In this document: positions 1-9,763 of the stretch, one piece after another
Layout: each line of letters begins with the position of its first letter
Position numbering within the stretch: position 1 is the first letter of the stretch
Source: Methylophaga frappieri
Lineage (GTDB): Bacteria > Pseudomonadota > Gammaproteobacteria > Nitrosococcales > Methylophagaceae
Length of the DNA: 32,000 nt
Direction of reading: 5' to 3'
Assembly (NCBI RefSeq): GCF_000260965.1
Contig: NC_017856.1
Location: forward strand, 1,410,001-1,442,000
Notes under the pieces: model-generated
The model's input: the letters and a program-made list of their open reading frames with translations, nothing else
Databases searched by the model: none
What the model was told of the DNA's origin: nothing
Made by a program: the position numbers and the translations under genes

Positions 1-955
1 ACAAAATGCGACCCAGTGGATTTTTAGCTGATGGCTTATCTGCGCGCTTCTGCTGTCGGCGCACGCCACGCTCGGTGACGAACAAAATGACAAATCGTAA
101 CAAGGCAATCAGCAACCCGATCACACCTAGCGCGATAATAATGTAACCAATCCAGCCACCTTGTTGGATGCGTTCTTTGAGATTAGGCGTTTGTACCAGC
201 AATGCCATGATGGCGCCGCGCGTGGGGTCCACTACGGTCGGCTGCCAAGTGTTGGGTTCCGCCTGCTCAAACTGTGTCGCCAAATCCTGTAAACGTGGTA
301 CAGGCTGCCTCGCCAACTCCACTAAATCTTGAGTTTCAGGTAAATAGCGCAAATATTTTCCATCCGCAAAGAAAGTAAACACACCAACGCGGGTCACCGC
401 TCTGTCTTCCACTTCACCGGTTGCGGTAATAACTGGCGTGGTAAATGTTTCCACCTTGCCTGATTCCGTCATCTCTTGCTGCAGTGTCAGCCAAAGTTGT
501 TGTAACTCATCAATGGTAGGCTGCTGGCGACGCTCAGACAAAGCTTGGAGGAAAGCGTTTCGTTCTGGGTACTGGAGACTGGTAACCGAGGTTTCTAACG
601 CGCCGCGACTGTCATTAGCAATTTGCCGTACCGTTCCAAACAACTCTCCTAAGGAGCCCGAACGTTCTTGCAATAAAGATTCTTGTTCAGCAAGCAATTC
701 CTCGTTGGCTTCAAATTCGCCATTCAACTGCTCGCCACGACGCTCCTGAGCCGCCAGTTCAGCTTTTGCCTGCTCCAATAATTGCGCCTGCTGATCACGC
801 TCTGCAATAAAGTTTTGCAAACGCAGCTCATTTTGCTGTTGCTCGACGACGCGATCTTTTTTTACTTGCTCAAGCAATTCATCCAGGTTACTTGGTGTTT
901 GCGCCAGCAACACCGGGCTGAACAGAGAAAGAAATAAGGCAATACTCCGGATCAT
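1..955 (-). CDS. MotA/TolQ/ExbB proton-channel family protein with a long N-terminal extension (TonB2-type system). The 3' end runs off the window.
   Basis: Absent from the ORF track because it is open at the window edge. Reverse-strand translation from the ATG at 955 gives MIRSIALFLSLFSPVLLAQTP (signal-like). A ~270-aa coiled-coil-rich region follows, then the TM helix GWIGYIIIALGVIGLLIALLRFV. ATGA start/stop overlap with the upstream gene at 952-955. Confidence 0.7.
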   Translation of the reverse strand, partial: MIRSIALFLSLFSPVLLAQTPSNLDELLEQVKKDRVVEQQQNELRLQNFIAERDQQAQLLEQAKAELAAQERRGEQLNGEFEANEELLAEQESLLQERSGSLGELFGTVRQIANDSRGALETSVTSLQYPERNAFLQALSERRQQPTIDELQQLWLTLQQEMTESGKVETFTTPVITATGEVEDRAVTRVGVFTFFADGKYLRYLPETQDLVELARQPVPRLQDLATQFEQAEPNTWQPTVVDPTRGAIMALLVQTPNLKERIQQGGWIGYIIIALGVIGLLIALLRFVILFVTERGVRRQQKRADKPSAKNPLGRIL

Positions 956-1737
956 TGCGCCGCTCCTGCAGTTTTAACCGGCAAGATCAGTAAATCCGGT
1001 GGTAATTGTTTTCGAGCAACTTTGAGCGCTTCAGCGATCCCCTGATTGTATTCGCTACCGAGTTGCTGCCAGCTGTTTTGTTGATTATCCCAAATGCCGG
1101 CACTACGTCCGTCTAAGGAAAGGTAATAAAGGTTTAATCTGCCAATACGCAAAAAATCCACATTGCGAATGGTGCCGTCGATCTCGGCTTCACCCTGATA
1201 AGCTTCAATGGTACGACCATATTCAGTTTCAACCTGATAAGCCTCCAGAATACGACGATATTTTTCAGACAGATTAACGTCTGATCGATCCATCAGCGTT
1301 TTTAACTCGGCAATTCTATCGGCACGTTCTTCCGGCAGAAATGGAATATCAAGTGCTACAAACTGCTCCAGCACATCAATCATCTTCAACATCATTGGTA
1401 CAATGTCACGCTGTGTGGTGTCAATATTCGCCAACTGATTCTCAATTGACGTCAACTCATCCTGCTGAGAACTGACCAATTGTTCCAATTGGGTATTGTA
1501 GGCTTCAAGACTCTCACTTTGACGTAGCACAGCACGATATTCGTTAAGCAACGTCCGCGTTTCGTCATCTAAATTGTCGATTTCAGATTGCGTGCGCTGA
1601 GCAGCTATTTCGGTCGCGACTTGTTCATCAACCGCCTGATCGACTGCACCAGACCAAGTGGCGCTGAAAGGAAGCATGATGCCACCAGCGACGACTAAAA
1701 ATCGCCAGCGCATCAATCCCTGGAAAGTGTTAAGCAT
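952..1737 (-). CDS. Coiled-coil periplasmic protein of the kind (DUF3450-like) that precedes long ExbB in TonB2-type operons
   Basis: ORF 952..1770. Codon 1770 is TTG. The in-frame ATG at 1737 (GGAA 9-10 nt upstream) or at 1713 is more likely. Signal-like MRWRFLVVAGGIMLPFSATWSGA. The rest is heptad-rich. Stop overlaps the exbB-like start. Confidence 0.6.
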   Translation of the reverse strand: MLNTFQGLMRWRFLVVAGGIMLPFSATWSGAVDQAVDEQVATEIAAQRTQSEIDNLDDETRTLLNEYRAVLRQSESLEAYNTQLEQLVSSQQDELTSIENQLANIDTTQRDIVPMMLKMIDVLEQFVALDIPFLPEERADRIAELKTLMDRSDVNLSEKYRRILEAYQVETEYGRTIEAYQGEAEIDGTIRNVDFLRIGRLNLYYLSLDGRSAGIWDNQQNSWQQLGSEYNQGIAEALKVARKQLPPDLLILPVKTAGAAQ

Positions 1738-1844
1738 AAATTCGGTTCCTGTTGTCAGGGCTGAAATCAATTTGGCATCTTAGCAGGAGGGGAAGTTATT
1801 TGGAAGTGTTAATGAGATTAATTATCATTAACCCGAAACAAGAC

Positions 1845-1875
1845 AAAAAAAAGCCAGATCCGGTTGGGATCTGGC
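1845..1875 (-). terminator. Rho-independent terminator downstream of the response-regulator gene
   Basis: Perfect 9-bp stem gccagatcc (1853-1861) / ggatctggc (1867-1875) with a 5-nt loop. An A8 run at 1845-1852 gives a U-tract on the minus strand. Confidence 0.7.
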
Positions 1876-2049
1876 GTAAACCTTCTAGGAAGGAGAGAGA
1901 AATATTAAGACTATAGAAGCTGAACATCCTATCGACTTTAGAAACATTATAGGAATTCTAGCCTCTGTCGCCATGAGCGACTTCTCCCAATAACAACAGG
2001 AAAAAATTCCTGTAAGTGACTAATTTTGTGATGTTTTACGACAATTTTG

Positions 2050-2685
2050 TTACGAAGACAAACCATGACTGATTGCAAAACGCATCAACTCGGCAGTTTT
2101 ACTGATATCCAGTTTGCTTTTTATCTGGGTCAGATTATTGGCAACCGTTTTGTAACTGATTCCTAATACTTCTGAAATATCATTCATGCTCTTGCCTTCA
2201 CCTAGCAAACGCAAAATCTCCAATTCACGTCGAGACAAGTCACTGAGGGCACTGGTACCCGAATCAATATTCAACATAGCCAGCTGCTGTGCCATGTCAG
2301 GGCTTAAATACACTTTACCCTCCAGCACTTTTCCAACAGCTTCGACCAGATGATCTGCCGCATTATTCTTAGTGATATAGCCGCGCGCGCCAGCCTGCAT
2401 GGCCCGAGAAGCAAATACTGGATCTTCATGCATACTGAACATCAACACTTTGGCAGTGTCCCGATTGGCACGGATCCGGCGCAGGACTTCAAGTCCGCCC
2501 ACGCCAGGCAAAGTAATATCAAGCAACACCATATCCGGATAGATTTCTTGAAACAAACGGTATCCCTCTTCGCCCGTTTCCGCTTCAACCACCGTGGCAG
2601 AGGGTATTTGTTGAATCAACTGCCGGCAACCGGCACGCACAATTGGATGGTCATCAACAACCAAAATCGTTATAGCTGGTTTCAT
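2050..2685 (-). CDS. NarL/LuxR-family response regulator (REC + HTH)
   Basis: ILVVDDHPIVRAG ... DMVLLDITLPG receiver motifs. C-terminal LSRRELEILRLLGEGKSMNDISEVLGISYKTVANNLTQIKSKL LuxR HTH. ATG at 2685 (MKPAITILVVDDH). An alternative GTG lies at 2697. Confidence 0.9.
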   Translation of the reverse strand: MKPAITILVVDDHPIVRAGCRQLIQQIPSATVVEAETGEEGYRLFQEIYPDMVLLDITLPGVGGLEVLRRIRANRDTAKVLMFSMHEDPVFASRAMQAGARGYITKNNAADHLVEAVGKVLEGKVYLSPDMAQQLAMLNIDSGTSALSDLSRRELEILRLLGEGKSMNDISEVLGISYKTVANNLTQIKSKLDISKTAELMRFAISHGLSS

Positions 2686-2686
2686 A

Positions 2687-4021
2687 TCAATCTTCACTTT
2701 TCACCGGAATTAATACCCGAACCTGCAAACCAAGCCCTTCTTCGGTATCAAAGGCAATTCTACCACCAAGCGCGGAAACCCGCTCTCGCATTCCGATGAG
2801 GCCGAACCCCTTGATCACCGAATCGTTATCAAGCCCCCGGCCATCATCAGTTACTGAAACTTTAATATTTTCTTTTTCTCGTCTCACTTCGACTCTGACA
2901 TGGCTGGCCTGAGCGTGACGAACACAGTTGGTGGTACACTCCTGAACCACACGATAGATAGTCACCTGTTGTGTATCAGAAAGCGTATTCAATTCACCAG
3001 AAAAATCCCATTCCCAATCAATTTCAGGTTGTCGATCACGCCAATTATGCAACATATCGCGCAGTGCATCGGTTAAGCCAAGATCATCCAACGTCATTGG
3101 CCGCAGACGGCTCAGCATTTTTCGAACCAACGACTGGATATGAGTGGTTATCAGCTTTACAGAGCTGACTTTTTCTTCAATATCCGGCAGCGAGTTATCA
3201 ATCGCAATTCGTTCAATTTCGCCCAGATCAACACGAATACCAAATAAACATGGCGCCAGCTCATCGTGTAGTTCGCGGGCGAGATCACGACGTTCTGACT
3301 CTTGCACCGTCAGCATGTTACCGGCCAGTGCATGATTTTCGGCCATGGTATTTTCAAGAACGCTGGCCATATGGTTGAATCGAATCTGGATCGGTGTCAG
3401 TTCTTTTGCCCCACCAGAGTTAACACGTGCCGTAAAATCACTGTTTTCGAGTCTCGCTAATGCATCAGATAATTCACCAAGCGGTCTAAGGCCTTGCCTG
3501 AGCGCCATATAAACAAGTATGAGAATTAATATCAGGAAAAAACCACCTAATACCATCAACACCTGCATATCACGCCAGACTTCGGTCACCTCATCACTCG
3601 GGTCTGCCTCGACAACGAGATAGCCAAAAGATTGGCTACCCTTGGTTATCAATCGACGAAAGGCCACCGCTTCAGGCTCCATGATACGAATGAACCAGTC
3701 CGGCGCATCCGGTTTGTTGAAAAACGCCATACGCTCTTCCTGGCCGATTAATGGCTGACCATTCATATCTTCAAACCAAGCGCGGATATGCCGCGTATGC
3801 CGAACACTATCCACAATGAGCGTCAAACGCTCACTGAGATCATTTGAAAACCGCAACGTCGGCAGCGCATTAATCAACAAACCGCGTGCTAACTGTGTGC
3901 TGGACACCATTTCTGCGGCGATGGCTTGACGGGCGTTCTGCACCATAAAGTAACCGGCAGCAAAAAAATTGATGATCAAAATCAGCGACACAATAAATAA
4001 AAGTCGCAGCTTCAGGCTCAT
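2687..4021 (-). CDS. Sensor histidine kinase, NarX-like (2 TM + periplasmic domain, HAMP, HisKA_3, HATPase_c)
   Basis: H-box RELHDELAPCLFG. N/G boxes QECTTNCVRHAQAS ... DDGRGL ... GFGLIGMRERV. TM helices at aa ~8-28 and ~155-175. N-terminus paralogous to the kinase at 22156-23877. Confidence 0.9.
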   Translation of the reverse strand: MSLKLRLLFIVSLILIINFFAAGYFMVQNARQAIAAEMVSSTQLARGLLINALPTLRFSNDLSERLTLIVDSVRHTRHIRAWFEDMNGQPLIGQEERMAFFNKPDAPDWFIRIMEPEAVAFRRLITKGSQSFGYLVVEADPSDEVTEVWRDMQVLMVLGGFFLILILILVYMALRQGLRPLGELSDALARLENSDFTARVNSGGAKELTPIQIRFNHMASVLENTMAENHALAGNMLTVQESERRDLARELHDELAPCLFGIRVDLGEIERIAIDNSLPDIEEKVSSVKLITTHIQSLVRKMLSRLRPMTLDDLGLTDALRDMLHNWRDRQPEIDWEWDFSGELNTLSDTQQVTIYRVVQECTTNCVRHAQASHVRVEVRREKENIKVSVTDDGRGLDNDSVIKGFGLIGMRERVSALGGRIAFDTEEGLGLQVRVLIPVKSED

Positions 4022-4101
4022 ATAAAATCGTTATCCTGCTGTGTTAGGCTAAAGGCTGTTTAATCAAGCATTATCGCACATATCAGACAGGATCTTATTT
4101 C

Positions 4102-5388
4102 ATGCAGGCAAACCGTAATCAACAACTTTTTTCTGCGGCACAAAAGCATATCCCCGGCGGTGTTAATTCTCCGGTGCGAGCATTCAAAGGCGTCGGCGGA
4201 GATCCGGTTTTTTTTGCCAGTGCCAAAGGCGCTTATCTGACTGATGCAGAAGGCAAAAAATACATTGATTACATCGGTTCATGGGGCCCTATGATTGCCG
4301 GCCATGCCCATCCTGAAATCATTACGGCGGTTCAACAGGCCTGTGAATCCGGACTCAGTTACGGCGCACCGACTGCCATCGAAACTGACATGGCGGATCT
4401 GCTTTGCCAATTAGTACCGTCAATGGAAATGGTGCGCATGGTGAACTCAGGGACAGAAGCCACCATGACCGCAATCCGGTTGGCACGCGGTTATACTGGC
4501 CGAGACAAAATCGTCAAATTTGAAGGCTGCTATCATGGTCATGCGGATGCCTTGTTAGTCAAGGCTGGTAGCGGCGCGTTAACGCTGGGTACTCCCTCTT
4601 CAGCTGGCGTGCCCACCTCAGTAGCGGAACACACGATCACGCTTCGTTTCAACGATATCGAGGCAGTTCAGCAGTGTTTTGCTGAGCTAGGTGAACAAAT
4701 TGCCGGCATTATCGTCGAGCCAGTCGCTGGCAATATGAACTGTATCCCTCCCGTGCCCGGATTTCTGGAAGCGTTAAGACAAACTTGTGATGACTACGGC
4801 AGCGTCTTGATTTTTGATGAGGTCATGACCGGGTTTCGGGTGGCATTGGGCGGCGCCCAAGAAAAATATGGTGTCACCCCAGATCTGACCACCTTAGGCA
4901 AAATTGTTGGTGGCGGCATGCCCGTTGGCGCCTTTGGTGGTAAACGTGAGGTGATGGAATATATTGCACCACTTGGTCCGGTTTATCAGGCAGGCACCTT
5001 ATCTGGCAATCCGATTGCCATGGCCGCGGGGATTGCTACGTTGAAATTGATTCAAGTCTCAGGGTTTCACGAACAACTTGCCAAGCAAACACAGCGATTA
5101 ACCCAAGGTTTACAGCAACTTGCGAATCAAGCCGACATTGCGCTGACGACGCATCAGGTAGGAGGCATGTTTGGCTTTTTCTTTACCGATACGCCAAAAA
5201 TTGAATTTTTCGAACAAGTGACACAATGTGACATGGATCGGTTTAAACGCTTTTACCATGCCATGTTAGCTAACGGCATTTATCTAGCGCCCTCTGCCTA
5301 TGAAGCTGGATTTGTCTCCATAGCACATCAAGACGCCGAAATTGATGCGACATTAGCTGCCGCTGAAAAAGCTTTGGCAACACTCTAA
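4102..5388 (+). CDS. hemL: Glutamate-1-semialdehyde 2,1-aminomutase
   Basis: 428 aa. N-terminal LF..A...[12 protein letters not shown] and the class-III aminotransferase region [12 protein letters not shown] ... [17 protein letters not shown], which contains the PLP lysine. Confidence 0.95.
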   Translation: MQANRNQQLFSAAQKHIPGGVNSPVRAFKGVGGDPVFFASAKGAYLTDAEGKKYIDYIGSWGPMIAGHAHPEIITAVQQACESGLSYGAPTAIETDMADLLCQLVPSMEMVRMVNSGTEATMTAIRLARGYTGRDKIVKFEGCYHGHADALLVKAGSGALTLGTPSSAGVPTSVAEHTITLRFNDIEAVQQCFAELGEQIAGIIVEPVAGNMNCIPPVPGFLEALRQTCDDYGSVLIFDEVMTGFRVALGGAQEKYGVTPDLTTLGKIVGGGMPVGAFGGKREVMEYIAPLGPVYQAGTLSGNPIAMAAGIATLKLIQVSGFHEQLAKQTQRLTQGLQQLANQADIALTTHQVGGMFGFFFTDTPKIEFFEQVTQCDMDRFKRFYHAMLANGIYLAPSAYEAGFVSIAHQDAEIDATLAAAEKALATL

Positions 5389-6834
5389 GTGGAAACGCTT
5401 TACTGGCACGATTATGAAACATCGGGGACGGATCCACGGTTTGATCGTCCCATGCAATTTGCCGGTATTCGCACAGACACCGATCTTAATGTCATCGGTG
5501 AGCCATTGATGATTTACTGTAAACCGTCTGATGATTTTTTACCCCACCCCCAAGCCAGTCTTATTACCGGCTTAACACCACAAAAAGCGGCGGAATTGGG
5601 GGTAAATGAAGCGGCGTTCATTGAACGCATTCATCAGGAATTATCCCAGCCAGGCACCTGCGGCGTTGGCTACAACAGCCTTCGCTTTGACGATGAATTT
5701 ACGCGATTTACGTTGTTTCGCAATTTTCACGATGCTTACGCCCGTGAGTGGCAAAATGGTAATTCCCGATGGGATATCATCGATATGGTTCGATTAACCC
5801 GCGCCCTGCGTCCCGAGGGCATCAACTGGCCAGATAATGAGCAAGGCAAACCGAGTTTTCGACTAGAAGCATTGACCGCAGCTAACCAGATTGAGCATAC
5901 GGGAGCCCATGATGCCTTGGCGGATGTCTATGCCACTATCGAGATTGCCAAAAAAATTAAATTCGCGCAGCCCAAACTATACCATTTCGTTTTTCAACAT
6001 CGACGCAAGCATCAGGTTGCTCCGCTGCTGAACTGGCAAGATCAAAAACCCGTGATACATGTTTCTCGCATGTATCCTGCCGAATATTGTAGTACTGCCA
6101 TGGTAGTGCCACTCGCGCCCGATCCGACAAATAAAAATGCCATCATCGTTTACGATCTTCGGTATGACCCTGAGCATGTAATTCAGCTTGATGCCGACAC
6201 CTTACGCGAACGTTTATTTACATCGACTCATGAATTGTCGGCAGATCAACCTCGCCCGGCTTTAAAAACCATCCATTTGAACAAGTGTCCTATTGTTGTT
6301 CCTGTCAAAACACTGGATGATGCCGCAGCGCAACGCTTACAAATTGATTTGAAAGTACATCAGGCGAATCTGCAAAAATTACAAGCCACACCTAATCTGC
6401 GGGCCAAGCTTAGTCAGATTTTTACCCCACCGGAGTTTGCACCTGTCACGGATCCCGAGGCCAGCTTATACAGCGGTGGCTTTTTCAGTGACCGTGACAA
6501 ACAGCACATGGCAACTATTAGACAAAGTACGCCAGCGCAATTACAGGGTTTGACGTTGCCATTTGAAGATGTGCGGCTTGCGGAGTTGTTATTCCGCTAC
6601 CGGGCACGAAATTGGCCAGACACCTTAACTTCAGAAGAGCAAGAAGTCTGGCTGACTTATCGCCAACAGCGTTTGGCTCACCATACGCACCCCGCTATTT
6701 TGAATTTTGAAAGGTTCGACGAGGCAATTGCGGTTTGCCGACAACAGATTGATGCGATAGAACAACACCAGATTTTAGATGCCTTGGCTGATTACGCTGA
6801 GAAACTCCGACAATCGCTGGCTTTTAACGACTAA
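5389..6834 (+). CDS. sbcB: Exodeoxyribonuclease I
   Basis: 481 aa. YWHDYETSGTDPRFDRPMQFAGIRTD and HDALADVYATIEIAK are the DEDDh exonuclease motifs typical of ExoI. GTG start directly after the hemL stop. Confidence 0.9.
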   Translation: METLYWHDYETSGTDPRFDRPMQFAGIRTDTDLNVIGEPLMIYCKPSDDFLPHPQASLITGLTPQKAAELGVNEAAFIERIHQELSQPGTCGVGYNSLRFDDEFTRFTLFRNFHDAYAREWQNGNSRWDIIDMVRLTRALRPEGINWPDNEQGKPSFRLEALTAANQIEHTGAHDALADVYATIEIAKKIKFAQPKLYHFVFQHRRKHQVAPLLNWQDQKPVIHVSRMYPAEYCSTAMVVPLAPDPTNKNAIIVYDLRYDPEHVIQLDADTLRERLFTSTHELSADQPRPALKTIHLNKCPIVVPVKTLDDAAAQRLQIDLKVHQANLQKLQATPNLRAKLSQIFTPPEFAPVTDPEASLYSGGFFSDRDKQHMATIRQSTPAQLQGLTLPFEDVRLAELLFRYRARNWPDTLTSEEQEVWLTYRQQRLAHHTHPAILNFERFDEAIAVCRQQIDAIEQHQILDALADYAEKLRQSLAFND

Positions 6835-6864
6835 TTTGTTAAATAGCAACAATTCTCATATGCA

Positions 6865-6893
6865 TTAACATCTTGTTGTTTATTGTGTACAAT
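6865..6893 (+). promoter_or_regulatory. Putative sigma70 promoter of the TonB-dependent receptor gene
   Basis: TTAACA (6865-6870), a 17-nt spacer, then TACAAT (6888-6893), ~44 nt upstream of the ATG at 6937. Confidence 0.4.
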
Positions 6894-6936
6894 TTGCCTA
6901 GTTCACCTCTTTTCAAATACTGATCAAGGAAATGCT

Positions 6937-9060
6937 ATGGGCAAACGTACCGTTTTATATGGCCTTCTATTTGGGGCAATGGCGCCTGGAATTGCTTTTT
7001 CCGATGACACGACGACTGAACTTTCCCCTGTCATTGTCACCGGTCAAAAAATTGAGCGTACGCAAATGGAAACCGTTTCCAGCGTCCGTGTTGTGGATAG
7101 TGAAGAGCTGGAAAACGGCACTCGCAACGACAACCTTTACGAATTAATCGAGATGTTGCCAAACGTCACGAATACCAGTGGCTTTAACAGCTTGGCCATT
7201 CGTGGCATCGCCAATGCAGGACCAACTGGTGCTGATAACGGTGCCAGTACCATTGGGATCTACATTGATAACGGTTTACTTACTGCTCGCAGTATTCAAG
7301 ACAATGCCATTAGTACTTGGGATTTGGAGAGCGTTGAAGTATTACGCGGCCCACAGTCGACTACTTCTGGTCGTAATTCTTTGGCCGGTGAAATCAGACT
7401 GAAAACCAAAGATCCCGAATTTAGCAGCAACGGTGCGGTCAAAGCGGCTTATGGCGAGGATAACACCTACCAAACCGCCATTATGCAAACTGGCCCTATC
7501 ACAGATAATCTGGCCTATCGCGTTACCGGTGACTATCAAAGCACCGATGGTTACGTTGACAATGACATCTTAGATGATGATGACTTTAACCGTAATCATA
7601 ATGCCAATATGCGCGGTAAGTTACTTTACCTCTTACCCAGCGATGGTGAAGTCATGCTGACGTTAAATCATAATCGTTTTAAAGAGCATGGTGATGCGGC
7701 GATTGATGATAATCGCAGTGGACGCGAAAGTCGCTTGAACTACCCGAGCCGCTGGCGTACGGAGAGCACAACAGCGTCGCTTGATATCATCCAACCCTTA
7801 ACTGATACGCTAACTTTCGAGTCCCGCACTGGCTATGTTTACAGTGATTTTGAGCGGGATAGTGACTTTGATGGCAGCCCAGGTGATGGCTTACTTGTTC
7901 AGGAAACGGATGAGTACAAGTTCAATCAGGAGTTTCTGCTGCAATATGAAAAAAACCGTCTCCGCTCGGTTACCGGTTTGTTTCTCGCTAAAGGTCGGCT
8001 GGATGATGCGTATACCACAGCAAATGTGGGGCTGGATCCCGGTATTGGTTTCCCCATTCTTCTGAATTCCTCCAACTTTACCGAGGAAGAATATAAAACC
8101 GCGGCACTATTTACGGACATTGATTTTCAGTTAACTGACAAACTGACTTTATTAGCTGGTTTGCGCGCGGATTATGAAAAACGGGAAAGTGATGTGCGGA
8201 CGACGATTGAACGTGCAGCAACTTACGGTCCTTTTGATCCAACCATTGATGCTGGTCTTGCCGCATTGATTGGTCCGGGACAACAATCTGGGGACGAGAG
8301 TTACTTCAATCTCCTACCGAAACTGGGTTTCAATTACATGTGGTCAGACACCCTGTCGACTGGTTTTGTCGTGCAACGTGGTTATCGGCCAGGTGGGGTG
8401 TCAACCAACCCGATTCGGGGGCAAGTGCAAGCGTATGACGAAGAGTTCACAACCCATTATGAAGCTTCATTACGCTCACTACACTTAAATAACCGCCTGA
8501 ACTTCAACGTCAACGTATTCTTCACGGACTGGAAAGATCAACAGGTCACGATTGCCCCGGCAGGCGCCATTCACCCGCTGGATAGGTTTGTCGTTAATGC
8601 CGGTGAATCTCACCTGTATGGTTTCGAAATTGAAGGTAAATTTGCGGTAAATCGTCGCTGGGATGTATTCGGTGGCATTGGCTACAGCAAAACTGAATTC
8701 GATAAATTCGAAAATAATGGCATTGATTACAAAGGTGAAGAATTCCAGTACGCGCGAAACTGGACAGCTAACCTCGCCAGCACCTACCGCTTTGACAGTG
8801 GCTGGTTTGTCAACGGCAATATCTCTTATGCCAGTGAAGGCGAAGAGAGCCTTGGTACGCCAAATACCGAACTGGATGCCTACGCATTGGTTAACCTGAA
8901 AATTGGTTACGAACAAGATCAATGGGGTGCGTATCTGTATGCCAACAATCTGTTTGATAAAGATTACCGCACAGAACGTACCGCCAGTAACTCGCAATAT
9001 GGGAGTGCCGTTTATGGTGATCCGCGGGTAATTGGTGTGGTTGCAACCTTGTCCTGGTAA
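6937..9060 (+). CDS. TonB-dependent outer-membrane receptor
   Basis: ORF 6883..9060. The likely start is ATG 6937 (AAGGA at 6926-6930), giving signal peptide MGKRTVLYGLLFGAMAPGIAFS. TonB-box-like ELSPVIVTG. Plug motifs IEVLRGPQST. C-terminal ...VVATLSW ends in an aromatic residue. Confidence 0.9.
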   Translation: MGKRTVLYGLLFGAMAPGIAFSDDTTTELSPVIVTGQKIERTQMETVSSVRVVDSEELENGTRNDNLYELIEMLPNVTNTSGFNSLAIRGIANAGPTGADNGASTIGIYIDNGLLTARSIQDNAISTWDLESVEVLRGPQSTTSGRNSLAGEIRLKTKDPEFSSNGAVKAAYGEDNTYQTAIMQTGPITDNLAYRVTGDYQSTDGYVDNDILDDDDFNRNHNANMRGKLLYLLPSDGEVMLTLNHNRFKEHGDAAIDDNRSGRESRLNYPSRWRTESTTASLDIIQPLTDTLTFESRTGYVYSDFERDSDFDGSPGDGLLVQETDEYKFNQEFLLQYEKNRLRSVTGLFLAKGRLDDAYTTANVGLDPGIGFPILLNSSNFTEEEYKTAALFTDIDFQLTDKLTLLAGLRADYEKRESDVRTTIERAATYGPFDPTIDAGLAALIGPGQQSGDESYFNLLPKLGFNYMWSDTLSTGFVVQRGYRPGGVSTNPIRGQVQAYDEEFTTHYEASLRSLHLNNRLNFNVNVFFTDWKDQQVTIAPAGAIHPLDRFVVNAGESHLYGFEIEGKFAVNRRWDVFGGIGYSKTEFDKFENNGIDYKGEEFQYARNWTANLASTYRFDSGWFVNGNISYASEGEESLGTPNTELDAYALVNLKIGYEQDQWGAYLYANNLFDKDYRTERTASNSQYGSAVYGDPRVIGVVATLSW

Positions 9061-9077
9061 TTGCCCTCAGCCAAGAC

Positions 9078-9108
9078 AAAAAAAGGCCGGCATTGTCCGG
9101 CCTTTTTT
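9078..9108. terminator. Bidirectional rho-independent terminator between convergent genes
   Basis: aaaaaaaGGCCGGcattgtCCGGCCtttttt: a GC stem at 9085-9090/9097-9102 flanked by A7 and T6 runs. Confidence 0.8.
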
Positions 9109-9178
9109 ATGATTTGTCATTGCTGCTCATGGGCACTCATATCAGGGTCTGGCGCGCCATTTTTCAATCAGAGCAGGC

Positions 9179-9730
9179 TTACACAATCAATTTAGCAAGG
9201 GTTTTAAAGTCGGGATGCAGCGCATCACCCAGCCATTCGAATAAAACGGATTCCACGTTACTAATGCTGACCCCGGCAAGTCTCATACGATGCAGCGCAT
9301 TGTATTGATTACCTTTCATACGTGAGCTAACCGCATCTTCGACCACATAAACCTGATAGCCCTGATTTTGTAAATCAAGTGCCGTCTGAAGAATGCAGAT
9401 ATGAGTTTCCATCCCGGTTAGGATGATTTGTTTTCGTTTTACTTTCGCTAAAGCTTGTTTAAAAGGCGCAACATCCGCACATGAAAAAGCTGTTTTTTCA
9501 ATTATCTGTGTGCCAACAGGCAGCTTTTCAGCCAAAGCGGGCTCGGTAACACCAAGTCCTTTAGGATATTGCTCTGTCACTAAAACGGGCACACCAAGCA
9601 CATCCGCAGCGGTAGACAGAATATTAACCTGCTCTATTACCCGATCCCTTACTCCTTTAGGCATCGCCGTCGCCAGTTTCTGTTGAATATCCACGACCAC
9701 CAGGACACTGTCTGCGGTCTGCGCCTTCAT
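9179..9730 (-). CDS. Isochorismatase-family (cysteine) hydrolase
   Basis: 183 aa. VLVVVDIQQKL ... ILTGMETHICILQTALDL is the typical isochorismatase-like Asp/Lys/Cys arrangement. Confidence 0.8.
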   Translation of the reverse strand: MKAQTADSVLVVVDIQQKLATAMPKGVRDRVIEQVNILSTAADVLGVPVLVTEQYPKGLGVTEPALAEKLPVGTQIIEKTAFSCADVAPFKQALAKVKRKQIILTGMETHICILQTALDLQNQGYQVYVVEDAVSSRMKGNQYNALHRMRLAGVSISNVESVLFEWLGDALHPDFKTLAKLIV

Positions 9731-9763
9731 GATACGGCTCCTCGTTTTGATGAAAACACTGCG

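Noticed and set aside
438-749. 103-aa plus-strand ORF from the ORF track
   Set aside because: It lies entirely antisense to the well-supported exbB-like reading frame (1-955, minus strand). Its Ser/Cys/Arg-rich, low-complexity translation has no start context.
6842-6860. Fur-box-like sequence aatagcaacaattctcata upstream of the TonB-dependent receptor. A related idea is that this receptor is a lanthanophore or PQQ importer.
   Set aside because: It matches only about 10 of 19 consensus positions by hand alignment. The receptor is separated from the xoxF/pqq cluster by unrelated housekeeping genes, so no substrate claim is supported.
6883-6936. N-terminal extension (MCTICLVHLFSNTDQGNA) of the TonB-dependent receptor ORF
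   Set aside because: The ATG at 6937 has an AAGGA SD and yields a proper signal peptide. The extension would also start inside the predicted promoter.
8485-8997. 170-aa minus-strand ORF. Other long antisense ORFs are of the same kind: 2350-2799, 22303-22683, 23494-23820, 24738-25109 and 10063-10335.
   Set aside because: Each is nested in or antisense to a gene with clear family motifs (TonB-dependent receptor, kinases, regulators, bepA, tolC). They are shadow ORFs with no recognisable motifs.
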